A stretch of DNA of 64,000 nucleotides from Octopus sinensis (GCF_006345805.1 NC_043016.1:21452001-21516000); one strand, 5' to 3'. Shown: positions 22,977 to 35,947, counted from the stretch's first letter. The notes: generated by a model not told the origin, from the sequence alone. Made by a program: numbers and translations.

Positions 22977-25900
22977 TAAGTTTGCAAAATATATCTTTTA
23001 TTTAATATTAGCTTGTAGCATCTATTTTTCCCCACATGTTTTTCGTCTAATGATTGCTTTAAGTTTTACTAATGCATTGGTTTTGTTTGGGTATTATTGA
23101 GATTTGCTCTTAGATTAGCTGCATACATTATTCTTATGTTATCATTCAACCACAGTAGTGGTTGAATAATATTCTTAACATAGCATTTTTGTCACTGTCG
23201 GCGTCTTCCAAGCAGTCTCACTTATTTAGTTTTAATTGAAATCAAATTTAGTTTGTTTTTTTTTAATTATGTTTGACTCTTCATAAGCTACATTTAGACA
23301 TAAAATACTTAAAATCTGGTGCTGTAGAACAAAAGTTAAGAGAAAAAATGTATAGACAAAGCTGGCTGACTGACGGGTAGTAATGCCCGACATCGACACT
23401 TTGAATCCACATCATCCTTTTAATTTTGATTAAGAATTATAATATTGATATTAACACGAAAGAAAAATGTTAAAGTATATTGGTAAAGGTTTAGTAAAAT
23501 TTTATCCATTAGAAAAGAAAATATTTAGATTCAATTCTCAAACTTATCGATTTTTGCGTGATATTGAAGGGACACTACTCATATGAACTAAATTTTATAG
23601 TAAATAGAAACATAAGTTGTAATAGAATATATGATTATTTGCGACTTAGTCTCTATGACGAGTACTGAAGTCTGTAGAAAGGCTGTTCAGAAAAGTCAAA
23701 TGCTACTTGTAATTATTGTCTACTAGCTGGACCCATGAGAAATTCACGGAAAACAAAAATTGTAAGCATCTGTATACAGTGTACTGGTGCCTTGAGAAAT
23801 ATTTCAAATTCTACCAAGGTCGACTGCTTTTCATCCTTTCAGGGTTGATAAATTAAGTACCAGTTGTGTACAGGGGTCGATCTAATCAACTGGCCCCCTC
23901 TTCACAAAAATTTCAGGCCTATTGTGACAATTACAGAATACAGAAAGTAATGTAACACCAATGACTATATAATCCAACCAAAATATCTGTTACACAAGCA
24001 TAAACTGATTAATATTTAACCTTAGAATACATTGTACATATTCAAAGAACCTTCTTGGTTTAGGGATACGGAACGTTTTTCTGTTAATCTTTTATTCTTT
24101 TACTTGTTTCAGTCATTTGACGGTGGCCATGCTGGAGAGCCACCCTTTAGTCGAAATTGACCTCTAGACTTATTCCCTGAAAGCCTGGTGCTTATTCTAT
24201 CAGTCTCTTCTGCTAAACAGCTAAATTACAGGGATGCAAATGCACCGCCATCAGTTGTCAAGCAATGGTGATGGTGGTAGGACAAGCAAACACACATGCA
24301 TGCATGCATACATACATATATATGTGATGGGCTTGGAGGTAGTGGTGATGCTAGCTGGTGCGATTTTGTGGTTTGCTGGTATACTAAGATAGATCCAGCA
24401 GGCCCCTAACTGGTAACCCCGATCTTAAAGGTGTAACGTGGATGTGTAATGATGGTGCGGTGGTCTTCCTCACAGTACTTCATAGTAGACAATGTTTTGT
24501 ATGTCACACCACATTTTTGGCCTTGTCTGTTATCCCGATTGAGTGTCATAGCTCTAACATTGATATTGTTCATAGCTTATGCTCTTGAAAATGCAAAATA
24601 TGGTTGGCCATGAGAAAATACTGGTTGAAGCAAGTGTATTCCAACTTTTTCAGATGTTTGCCATTGAGCCTTATTAAGTATCATTGAATTTGCAAGTTGA
24701 AGTGGAAACTGAGGTCTGTTTAGTGTGAATGGGAGATATTTGCATCATTTGGGCTAAGTTTAATTCTGGGAATTAGAACTGTATGACTTCTGTTGGAGCC
24801 TGTTACCAATGATGCCTCTACACAATATTCATGAAGTCTTTGCACTTTCATGCGAGTTCCATTACGTAATCCTTGACTGATCGAAAGATTTCTTAGCAGC
24901 ATTACAATAACCTCTACCTTTAAGTTGAGGCGATGAGGAGGAATACTGGATGGAGTGAATGAGTTTATGAATTCAAATGGATACTTCTCTTCATTATTGC
25001 AGGATACTGAATCTGTGCTTAAGTACGTTTTAAGTGCCTCTGGTATAATATTAAGAACTTTTCATTTATTGCAAGACAGTCAGAGATAAAATTACTCGTT
25101 TTTCCATTTCTTCTGGCGTGCAGTTGTTGAAAATTTCTGGAACAAGTGATGTTTGATAGCAGGAAGAAGTAGGTATGTCAACAGTATGTAGTGGAACATC
25201 TTGGAGAATACTGTTTAGGAAACCATTACCAAGTAAAAGTAGCCACTTATAAAATTCTTTTTCATTAACATCTGCCCTCAAATTTCGAGTTAACCGAAAG
25301 TGATGAAAATGATGCTATAAATGTGATCTTTAATGCATGCATCAATGAAGGCTGCTGGAGGAGCTCGGGGTTTGTTTGAAATCGCCTCTAAGTAGAATTA
25401 TTTTTCCTACAAAGACTGCATCGTTTCCCATGATGTCTTTTAGGCACCTATTTATGGCATTTAAAGCATAACTGGGAATCATTGATGCTTCATCTACTAT
25501 AAAAAACTTGTATGCTTCTCAGTTCGATAGTGTGTTCTGAATCTGGTGGTACATTTCAAACACTATTTTCTGTAAGTGTCACTGGTAACTTAAAGATGCT
25601 GTGAATAGTTTTGTCATTTGTCAATAATGTAGCAGCAATACCTGTCCATGCTGCCATGCTTACAGTAATTCCATTAGCAGTAAGATGACTTAACATATTG
25701 AAAAGATATGTTTTTCCAGAACAACTGGGGGCATCTAGATAGAAACATTTTCCATTTTCTAGTTAGCTTTTATCGACAGCAGCAACATCCTCCATTACAG
25801 TGTGTAGCACTTGAAGCTGTTCATGATTTATATTAGCAGGTTCAATAGGCACGTCATTATCCTGTGTAAATGTTTGCCCAATGGGTTCTGGCAAACCAAA

Positions 25901-27989
25901 TGTGCTGCAAGAGGTTCCGTGTTCTCTGAATACACCACTCAATGAATGTAAAGCCAAATTTTCAGCTGTGGCTGCATCGTGCTCTGCAACTAAATGCTCA
26001 ATTATTTTTTCTTTGTAATTATTCCATATTTGAAGGGCATTTTGAGGATGGTTAAATAAGCAAGTCATGGCAAACAAATTGAGTAACTGACGTGGCATTC
26101 TAAATGCTACTGCCTCTCTGAAAGTATTTATTAGTTTTTCGTCATCTTCCAATAATCTTAGTCTGATGCAAGCTTCTTTAAACAATGGTAAAATTTCTCC
26201 TGCTGTCTTTATGTCCTCATAAGAAGTGGCTCCAGGGACATGAAGTAACAACAGCTTCAAATGAAAATTTTTAACATCTCTTGGACTCACAGTGTTGACA
26301 ATACTGCATGCTCATTGTCTGTGTGTCCAACGTGTTTTTTTTTTATTGAATACATAGTGTTCAGGAATTTTCCAATACAAAAAAGGACATGTATTTATAT
26401 CATTTTGGTTTAATTTGAACCAAGAAGTTAATGTTGTGTCACATTCTCAAGCTCTATCAACTGCTCCTTGCTGCTCTCCCTGTCGATAATATGCTCTCTG
26501 TTCTCCTGGAAGATGTACAGCTTAACAACACACTGTATGAGATTGGCTATGCATAGGATAGTTGGAGAGGCGTCACATTTCTTCAGGGACGGAAACATAT
26601 CAGCAGGTAAAAATTGTTTTATTTCATCATACTGCTGATGCAGTCTTATTTCATTACCATTTTGTTGCACTGAAATAAATTCCATCATTGCACAGTCATG
26701 TCCTTTATAAACATACTTAAAAATATATTTTATGCTTTTAACCGATGAACAGATTTCCAAGTTAATATGAGCTTGGTATTTCTTTTGAAGGTACTTATTG
26801 AAAAGCACTACAAATCTATTGTCAGCTAATGTAATTTCCAACACAAACTGAATCCTCATTATTTCTTCATTTGTAGGCTGGATATCCATTTACGTTTTCT
26901 ATATTTTCTTCACGAAATTCTTTAGGAAAATTCTTTTGACATTGTCCATTTACCATACAAACAGAACTAGGGTTATGTGTTCCACAAGGTCCGTGAATCA
27001 TCAGAGATGTCACTAATTTATGAAGAAGAGCTTCGTTTCTGTCGGGGATTTCACTGTTACAAGAGAATCAATTTGTTCTTGTGTCCTTGGTTTATCTTTT
27101 TCTCATTGCATAATTAGCACGTGACATTTTTGGAATTCAAGAATGTGAATGTGAGCAACAGGAACCCCCAGAAAATGTCTATCTTTAATATCAATCATCA
27201 ATTCATTAAGATGGGTTTTATACAAATGTGACACTAAATCAGGCCTATTTTGAGCTGTTTCAGTGGGACCCAAATTGTTTGTAATATCAGGGCATCTTGG
27301 GTTGCAAGTATAAGTTGAAAATAAATCAGGTTTCTCATATTTACAAACAACGGACATTGCATCCTGATATGACTATTGCATATTTCTTGGACTGCATGTA
27401 AATGAAGAGGGAAGAATAACAAGGGCACTAGGATCTCTATCATAATCATTTCTTGCCAAGTGGTCCATGAGCCCTGAATATAGAGCAACTCTTAATTCAC
27501 TTTGATGCTCTCTGATATAATACAGACGACAACCTTCTACTTTAATATAAGCATCAGCAATATACTGCTGAAGTAGCTTGCCTGATTTGTGAATGGGACT
27601 AAATTGATCCCTTATTGCTAAACGATAGCAATAGTATTATTGCAGTGTGACTTTATTGTGAACTCTTGTTTGCCTCTGTTGCACATGTTCCACACTTATG
27701 TGCCAATCACGTTCTCCATTGGCAAATAGTATTGGATAATTCATAGGATCTAAATGCTGCGAGAGATACGATATTTGTTGTCTTTGTTCAGCTCGTGGAT
27801 ATATAACTATATCACGATGGACTGGAGGTGCACCATCTTCTACAAATACAGCTGCAATTTCATTATTAACAGGGTTATTGTATCTCTTGGCATCTAGGCC
27901 TGATATGAAATACATAGTTACTTTCCTCAAATTAACATTTTCTCTGGCTGCTCTTTTTCTTCTTGTTGTTCAACAGTGCGCATATTTAA

Positions 27990-28575
27990 CCCTTTCATTA
28001 CCAACCCAGCCAAAACCGGCTCTGTAGTACAAATGTCTTGCTTTCATAAGTTTTGCATTAAAATATACCACCAAACCGTAGTCGCAATTTATGTTCCTAA
28101 CACTAGCTTAATGATAACTAAGATATTTTACTAAATTCTTTATTATATTTAAAATTAATTGAAAGAAACACAGAGCATCATCATCATCATCATCGTTTAA
28201 CGTTCGTTTTCCATGCTAGCATGGGTTGGACAGTTCAACTGGGGTCTGGGAAGCCAGGAGGCTGCGCCAGGCCCAGTCTGATCTGGCAGTGTTTCTACAG
28301 CTGGATGCCCTTCCTAACGCCAACCACTCCGAGAGTGTAGTGGGTGCTTTTTACGTGCCACCGGCACGGGAGCCAAACAAGGTTGGCAACGGCCACAATT
28401 GGATGGTGCTTTTTACAAGCCACCAGCATGGAGGCCAGTCGGGGCGGCACTGGCAACAGCCACATTTGGACGGTTCTCTTACGAGCCACCGGCACTGGTA
28501 TCTCAGCTACAATTTCCATTGATGTTGAAAGATTTTGATTTTGAGCATCTCAAAATAAATACAGTAATGAAAGGG
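27990..28575. mobile_element. piggyBac-type MITE inserted in the Helitron ORF
   Basis: TTAA(27986-27989)CCCTTTCATTAC ... GTAATGAAAGGG TTAA(28576-28579): perfect 12-bp TIR plus TTAA TSD. Confidence 0.9.
28180..28542 (-). mobile_element. RTE LINE 3' end inserted in the MITE
   Basis: (CAT)n tail at 28180; flanking direct repeat GAGCATC at 28173-28179 and 28543-28549. Confidence 0.85.
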
Positions 28576-31500
28576 TTAACTATGCTGCAGTATATGGATT
28601 ATTCAGCATGACTGAAGAAATCTTTTCCATTACTGACTGCAAGCAATTGATATTTTCAGACACTTCAGCTCTTGTTTGTAAGGCTTCTTTAGAATCAACA
28701 ATATAGAGTTGAGCATATCTTCTAGGTTCATTGTTTTCAGGATGTAAGTTGCTTGCGTGATGATTGACTTGTCCTTGCAAGCAGAAACAGTTTGGGCCAC
28801 AACCAGGGGATGATGTAACATTGGCTCCAAATGAGGCAAATGAACACATTGAAATATAGTTTCTGATGTTCTATCTAAAGTTCATTCCTTCAATGTCGGT
28901 TTTCTCCAAAAGTTGCTTTAACTGGTCAGGATTTTCTTGTAGATTTGGCAAAGAAACCTTACCATTATGGCATCAATTAAGTGCTTCCTGTGGAAATCTA
29001 TGTGCATGACAGTGCGGGCATATTACGTTCATCTCACCAATCATAAATTGAGAATTTTGTTGTTCTTTTATTATATTCCGTCTCCTTATTTGAGCTCTGT
29101 CTGTCATAAGATAATTCTGTGATTCAGCTTCTTCCATATTTTTCATTCTTTCTTGAACTCTGTTTCTCATATCTTGAAGGTAATTCTGCCTTTCATCTTT
29201 GTTCATATGTTGCCTTTGTTGAACTCTGTTTCTCATATTTTCTAAGTACAGCTGCCTCTGCTCTTGACTCATGTGTTCTCGACTCTGTTGATCTCTCTCT
29301 CTTATTTTGGAAATACACTTCTCTTTGGTCCCAGCTCATTTGTTCGTTCCTTTGATGATTCATTTTCCTCCTATCTCTTAGTATACGCTCCCTCTCCTCT
29401 TAACTTATTTCATTTCTTCTGTCTCATCCTTGCATGATTTTATTCCTTATTTCCTCCTACTGGTCCTTGCACAATCATTTTCTCCTTCTACACTAATGCT
29501 CTCATGCGATTATCCATATTTTAAACCTTGCTAAAAAAATCAATAAATCTCCAAAATGATTCAGTGTTTCAAACGAAAAACATATATGAATGTATTAGAC
29601 AGTATTTATTTCCACCATGCGACACTTATTATTGCAAACGTTTTAACTAACGTAAACTATGCACACACACAAATACATTCATATATATATATATATGTCT
29701 GTGTGTTTCCTCAAGTTTTTTTTTTACTTACACACATCACCAAATGAGCCAGAAATTCTAACTTAAAATTATAGAAAGAAAAAGAGAACGTTGTATTCTG
29801 AAGCCAAAAGATGTTTTTTAGCTGAGGTGTAATTTTATAATGAAAACAAATTCAAAATTAAAATTTTGGAGCAAAACATGACGTTATCTGGTGTGTGGTT
29901 GCAGTTGAAATGGGTTAAAACAAATGTATGTGTGCGTGTGTGTGTTGTGTAGTCAGGCCTTTAATAGCAGTTTAAGGTCAGTTGCAGTAAGGAATTCAAA
30001 ATGGCAACATGCACAATCATATACATACACACATACACAAACACATACCTAGAGTGAGAGAGCAAGGCAGACAGACAGAAAGACAGTAGTTGTCAGTCCA
30101 CAACAAAATTTTCACCCTTCTCTATCTCTTCCTACATGTTACTTTGCCACTGACTGGAATTGTTTTAGTTGTGTCTTCAATCTCTTTCTCTCTCAGTTTT
30201 TCTTTTGCTGAGGATACAAGTATCCAATATTTGGTGTGACTGAAAACACAAAACAAACACCACCTTCCTTTGAGTCACCACTCACTCTTCTCTCTCTCAC
30301 CCTCCTATATCATCAGTCAATGATTAAAAATTAAAGGACATTGTTTTACATATGTGCTTGTACATAATCAGGAGTACAAATGTACAAATTGAGATGCAAA
30401 AGAACAAAATAACAAATGGATTTATGAATGCATGTTTGGTAATTATGTTTATTTCCATCAAACATTTTAATTAACCTAAACTATACACACACACAAGTAC
30501 ATTCATATTTATATGTCTCGAGCTGTAGCTGTAATTCAAAGGAGCCAGCCTTTTCATATTCTGTGTGAGACTGAATTTCCCTGAGAACTACATTAATGTT
30601 ATGTATATCTGTGTAGTACTCAAGCCATTTGTGAGTTAATTTTAACCTCGTGTGGTAATGAAAAGTGAAATTGACAGCTAATATTTGCTGTCTCTGTATC
30701 TATATATGAACTTTTCTTTGTATTTATGTATCTACTGTCTCTCTCACCTTTTTCTCTCTTTCACTTCCTTTGTGTCATTCTTCTCTCCCGCTTTTGATTT
30801 TAAAATGTGTATATATATATATCTATATATCTACTTCTCTTGCGGTGTAATAAACATTTAAAAACACAAAACGAACACCATCACCACTCACTGTCTCTTT
30901 CTCTCTCTCTTTCTCTCTCACTTTTTCCCTCTCTCTCTCTCTCTTTCTTTCTCTCTGAAACATTTAAAAACACAAAACAGACACCATCACCATTCACTGT
31001 CTCTTTCACTCTCTCATTCTCTCACTCTTTCTCTCTTACTTCCTCTGTCCTCTCTCTCACTTTGCCGCTTCTTTGAAGTAAGTGTGACACACACATCAGG
31101 TACGTACAAAAACAAAAAGTTAGTGTATTAATATTATTGACTAGCGGGACCCATGGAATTTCCACAAACTGATTAACAGAATGTTGAGTAAATAATAAAC
31201 TTTTTCTATAAATATGTAAGTATTGAAGAAAGAAGTTAAAATCTCTATATATATAATAGAATGAGATACTTAGGCAGAAAATACTAAAATTGCGTGTGTT
31301 TGTACAGTTCTGTTTACAAATACATAAAGTTTAGCTATTAATTCTATCCTTTTTTAACATATCCTTTTTTACTCATAGGCTGGGAAAATAAACGACACAT
31401 AGAGATACTTGGGAATGTCCACCATGTGTGCAAAGATTGCCAATGCCAATCAGTCCGTGGTACATAGAGTCCCTGCCAACATAGAGTCATGCCAGTTTCC

Positions 31501-31669
31501 TCCGATATAAATACAGAAAACAATAGGCCTATATATGTACAAAACTATATAATACATGCGACATATAAATAGTTTCCTCTTTTGAAAGATATTCATTTCA
31601 TTTACATATATATATATGTGTGTGTATGTGTGTATATACATATAAACCAACGACACATACCTAATGCAA

Positions 31670-32377
31670 TCAAGGGTCTCCTGAATTTCTGAAAACACTC
31701 CACTCTTGGCAGACAATGTTCTTAGTAACAGTTTGCCCTCTTCTCCTCCTTTGTCTGTCTGTCTCCATCACCTTAACCCTCACATCTGAGAGTTTGCAAG
31801 TTCTAGAGCATGCAACATACAACTGCCTGTCACTGAACACTGGCTGAGGTAAGAACAATCCCACATTCTCAAATGTCTGCCCCTGTGACTTGTTAATAGT
31901 CATGGTATATGACAAGTGGACAGGAAACTGGGTTCTCTCCAAGGTGAATGACAAGTTAAGGTCGCTTGGATTCAGCTTTATTCTGGGGGTGAGGACATGT
32001 CTGCCAATTAGTGAGCTGCTAATCAAGGAAGCCTCAATTGAATGTTGATGCATGGCCACCACTTCCAGTCTTGTACCACTGCAGTGTCCATTCTGGATAG
32101 AAATGTTACAAAGAAGCATTACTATTGAGCTGGGTTTTAAACTCAGTTTAAGAGGAGGCATTCCTGATGGTGCCAAAGAGTTTAGAAATTCAAGTGGATA
32201 GCACTCAGCCTCAGCAGGATCATCTGTCAAAACTGTACTACAATAGGTGCAGCAGTCACCTGGAAGTTGTCTCAAAACTTCTTCACTGATCAGGAAGCAG
32301 TCTTGGTAAAAGAATTACTCTGCTTCTTCTCTTTTTCTCCGATGTATTGTTGAAGATATCATCCACTGCACATCTGC
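31670..32377 (-). pseudogene. Helitron Pif1-helicase C-terminal coding segment (201-aa open ORF 32275-31670)
   Basis: EFLNSLAPSGMPP..L.LK....MLL.NI....G...GTRL, RTQFPV.LSY.MTINKSQGQT, PVFS..QLYVA.SR. Confidence 0.92.
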
Positions 32378-32762
32378 AAAAAAAAAAAAAAACTTCCTTA
32401 TTTTGAGTAAGATCTTATTTCAATTTCAAAATTTGTTTTATTTATTTATTTTATTAAATAGATATATTTGTCCAAAGCAGATTGCATTTGAATAACATTT
32501 GATTTCAATTCTAAAATTTGTTTCATTAGATATATAGATAAAAATCCCATCCCTCATTTACAGTTTTCACATATCTATTCATACATGTATAGATGCACAC
32601 ACAGAATGTCACACGTTCACACCCACACACACACTTTTATCATCACTCTCTCTCTCTCCCTCTCTCTTTCTCTCTCACTATCTCTCTGTTCCTCCTCTTA
32701 TATATTATATGAAGAGCATAACGGACATATGAACTAAGGAAGGAACAAGCAGAATTATATGA

Positions 32763-33300
32763 TTCAATATTAATTTAATTTAATTTATTTAAAATAAAGT
32801 CATTTTATTAAATTTGTATCCTCATTTTTGTTTTTCATTATTTTAAAAATTCTTTAAATATATTCATTTGTAACTTTGTCTCTGTACAGTACTGAAATTA
32901 TATTAATATGAAAGAGAAACGTTTAAGGAATATATTGGTAAAGGTTTCGTAAAATTTTATCCATTAGAAAAAACAGATATTTAATTTTAATTCTCAAATT
33001 TTTATCAATTTTTGCGTGATATTAAAGGGACACTAATCATACATGAACTAATTACTTTTATAGTAAATAGAATATGATTATTTGTGGCTTTGTCTCTGAG
33101 CAGTACTGAAGTCTGTAGTAAGGCTGTTCAGAAAAGGCAAATGCTACTTGTAATTATATTCTATTTAATATCAATTTAATTTAATTTATTTAAAATAAAA
33201 TAATTTTCTTAAATTTGTAACCCCATTTTGTTTTTTTCATTATTTTAAAAATTCTTTAAATATGTTCATTTGTAACGTCTCTGTACAGTACTGAAATTAC
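32763..33300. repeat. ~400-bp AT-rich tandem repeat hosting the Helitron; continues at ~23450-23722
   Basis: 32763-32900 matches 33164-33300; 32930-33163 matches 23475-23722. Confidence 0.85.
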
Positions 33301-33514
33301 AGTATGTACATTATGTCCAGAAAAGGCAAAGTTGCAATGATTATCATTCGTTTTTAATTTAATTCCTAAATTAGAATTAGTCAAATGAAAAAATCAAAAT
33401 TTTGTTTGAATTTTCTTGGAAATTTTTGAATTCAAAATGACTGCAAAAAATGGCAATTTTATATATTTTTAATTAAAATTTTACTGTTACTGCAGTGCCT
33501 GTAAAAATACTGGA

Positions 33515-34661
33515 CTAGCCAATGAAAAATGCAGATACATAGTAACAATATTCTTAACAGTTAAACCTGGAAAAGTAGAGGACAAGAAAAAACTCATTAA
33601 AATTAGAGCTTAAAATATTGCTGTTAGAATTAAAAATTTTTTTTTTTTTATTCATTTAGTATAAAAAATAAAATAAAAAAGGAAAAGTGAAATTAAATGA
33701 ATTTTTTAAAAAATGAAGTAACTAAGAGGTATTTTTTTATCTTAAACCTTAGATTACTTACTTAATAAAAAACTTCTTTTTATAGTTTGTATAGGAAATA
33801 CATGTGAGTGCAGGTGTATGGTCTATTTTTTGGCATGCTAAACTTTTTTTCTCTCCTGATTTCATTCATTGCACAAGAAGACTATTTAATTTTTTAATGC
33901 GCATTTTATTGATTATTTTAAAAATGATATTTTTTTAATTGGCAAAATTACAAAAACCATGTCAAGTATTTCAAATTTATATGTTCTTGTATTATTCAAC
34001 CATGATATGAAAAAAATAATTTAGCATGCCAAAAAATAGACCATATACCTGCACTCAAATATATTTCGGTTTTTTAATCAAAATTTTAAACAAATTTAAT
34101 TATTACCGTTTCAACATTTGAAATTGAATTTTATAGTGTATTGTCAATTGAGTTGACTTTTAATTTTTTATAATTTTGTTTATTATATATTTATAAATTC
34201 TTAATTTTTTTATTAGAAAATTACATGTAAGTTTGAATTAATATTTTATATTATTTGCATTATTTAGTAACATTAATAATGCCAAAAGTTTATTTTTTGT
34301 ATCTTTTTAATTTGATCATTTAAGATAAAAACTATTTGCAATTATTCCAAATTCATTTGATGTAGATGTTTATATGAAATTTTCATATCAATCTATTAAA
34401 AAAATGTTTTTATTAAGTAATCTAAGCTTTAAGATAAAAATACCTCTTAGGTCTTTTTAATATTTTTTCAAAAATTTAATTAATTTCACTTTTCCTTTTT
34501 TATTTTTTGTCCTAATTGAATTAATAAAAAAAATTTGAAATTTTAATTTTAGTAGCAAATATTTTAAGCTCTGATTTTAATGAGTTTTTCTTGTCCTCTA
34601 CTTTTCCAGGTTTAATTGTTAAGAATATTGTTACTATGAGTTTGCATTTTTCATTAGCTAG
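33515..34661. mobile_element. Foldback/MITE with ~270-bp terminal inverted repeats
   Basis: CTAGCCAATGAAAAATGCA...(33515-33780) is inverted at 34400-34661 (...TGCATTTTTCATTAGCTAG); inner inverted pair at ~33805-33850 / 34015-34060. Confidence 0.85.
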
Positions 34662-35439
34662 TATATCTTAGCTCAACCACTTGGCACATATACGAGCTGC
34701 ATACACTCTCTCTCCAGAATCGTTCTGCCTATTCATTATTCCTCCTCTTGTCATCTTTTCTGTACTTTCTTCCAAGATTCCATATTAAATATTTTCCTCA
34801 GTCTTTTTTCCTTGGAATGGTAACCCCTTGGAATCCTTGCCTCACACATTATTCAACCTCTGCCTCCTCCTCCTTCTTAAAGCATCCACAACTGAAGTGT
34901 ATTCCATAAGCTACATCAAAATTTTTTTGTTTCCTATTAGCTTGTAGGTTATCAATTTCATGTTCTGTATCTACCAATACCATTAACCTTCATTATTATT
35001 TCTAATTAGTAATAAATTTAGGCTGGTTTTATACAACTATAACATTTTTATTGGCATATTAATGTGGATTTTGGAATACAACAAAAAGTTCTTAAGTAAT
35101 GCTTCTCTCAAAGCAATTCTAATTACATGTAAATTCAAGTAGAATGCAAATTTATTTAGATTTTGTGTAAATATCACAATTGGTTCAGCTGGTTATATAA
35201 CAAAATTTTCATAAAGAAGAAATGTGACCAATACTGAATTTTTAATTTAACTAAAATGCATGTTAAACAGATATACCATAGAGGTATAATTAGGGCAAAA
35301 TACTGGAATTTATGTCAAAAGAAAACTACAAAATGACAACTTTACACAAATTCATATGAATACTCATATGCACACTATAATGACTCACAGATTTAAATTA
35401 ACAGTCACTTAATAAATGAAAAATAAATAAACGAAAATG

Positions 35440-35900
35440 AAAATGTTTTGAAGTACTGGGCAAAATCTTCTGGGTGGGAGGTGATGCCATCCTCTCAGTG
35501 CATGTATAAAAGTTTTGTGCCAGTAAGCTATGTAAATCCCCAGCTGTTATGCCTAGAGTACAGATATGTAGTGCATGCTCATCAGATTTTTATTTTCATG
35601 CAAAATGACCAAATACATCTAGCAGAGACCATAAACCCGTGTTTCATCACCAGTGATGATGGCCTTCCTGAAGTCTGGGTTGCAGTTTGCACAATCTAGC
35701 ATGTCCTGAGCAATTTCCATTTGAAGTTGCTTCTGCTGCTTTGTCTTGGGGACAAATTCTTTGTTAAAATTAAATGCACTGATGCTGTGTCTATTCACAG
35801 AACCACCTCAGTTGGCTCCTCATTTTGGCTTGTAGATGGCCTGCCTGAGCATGCCTTGCATTCCACTAAGGTGCAACCATGTTTGAAGCAATTGTACCAC

Positions 35901-35905
<5 letters not shown>
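35440..35905 (-). mobile_element. Mariner transposase remnant (N-terminal to first catalytic D)
   Basis: Minus strand QKQLQMEIAQDMLDCANCNPDFRKAIITGDETRVYG. Confidence 0.8.

Positions 35906-35947
<42 letters not shown>

Larger units (their letters stand above)
24560..29517 (-). pseudogene. Helitron RepHel transposase, near full length, disrupted
   Basis: Colinear fragments: charged N-terminal repeats + CPHCHAHRF; PRRYAQLYIVD; HLDPMNYPILF; KPDLFSTYTCNP...RPDLV; ICSSVKSIKYIFKYVYKGHD (Rep YxxKY); LLLHVPGATSYEDIKT; CFYLDAPSCSGKTY (Walker A); LRNLSISQGLRNGTR..IPRI (Pif1). Many stops and frameshifts. Confidence 0.95.
23723..32762 (-). mobile_element. Composite head-to-tail Helitron (short unit 32762-31141 plus long RepHel unit 31140-23723)
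   Basis: Minus-strand 5'-TC at 32762; hairpin+CTAG 3' ends at 31141 and 23723; CTAG|TC junction at 31141/31140; A|T insertion site with no TSD; flanks join to match an empty paralogous site at 33163/33164. Confidence 0.85.

Noticed and set aside
24560-25800. Host PIF1 helicase gene
   Set aside because: Colinear with Helitron Rep motifs, bounded by Helitron termini, and full of stops.
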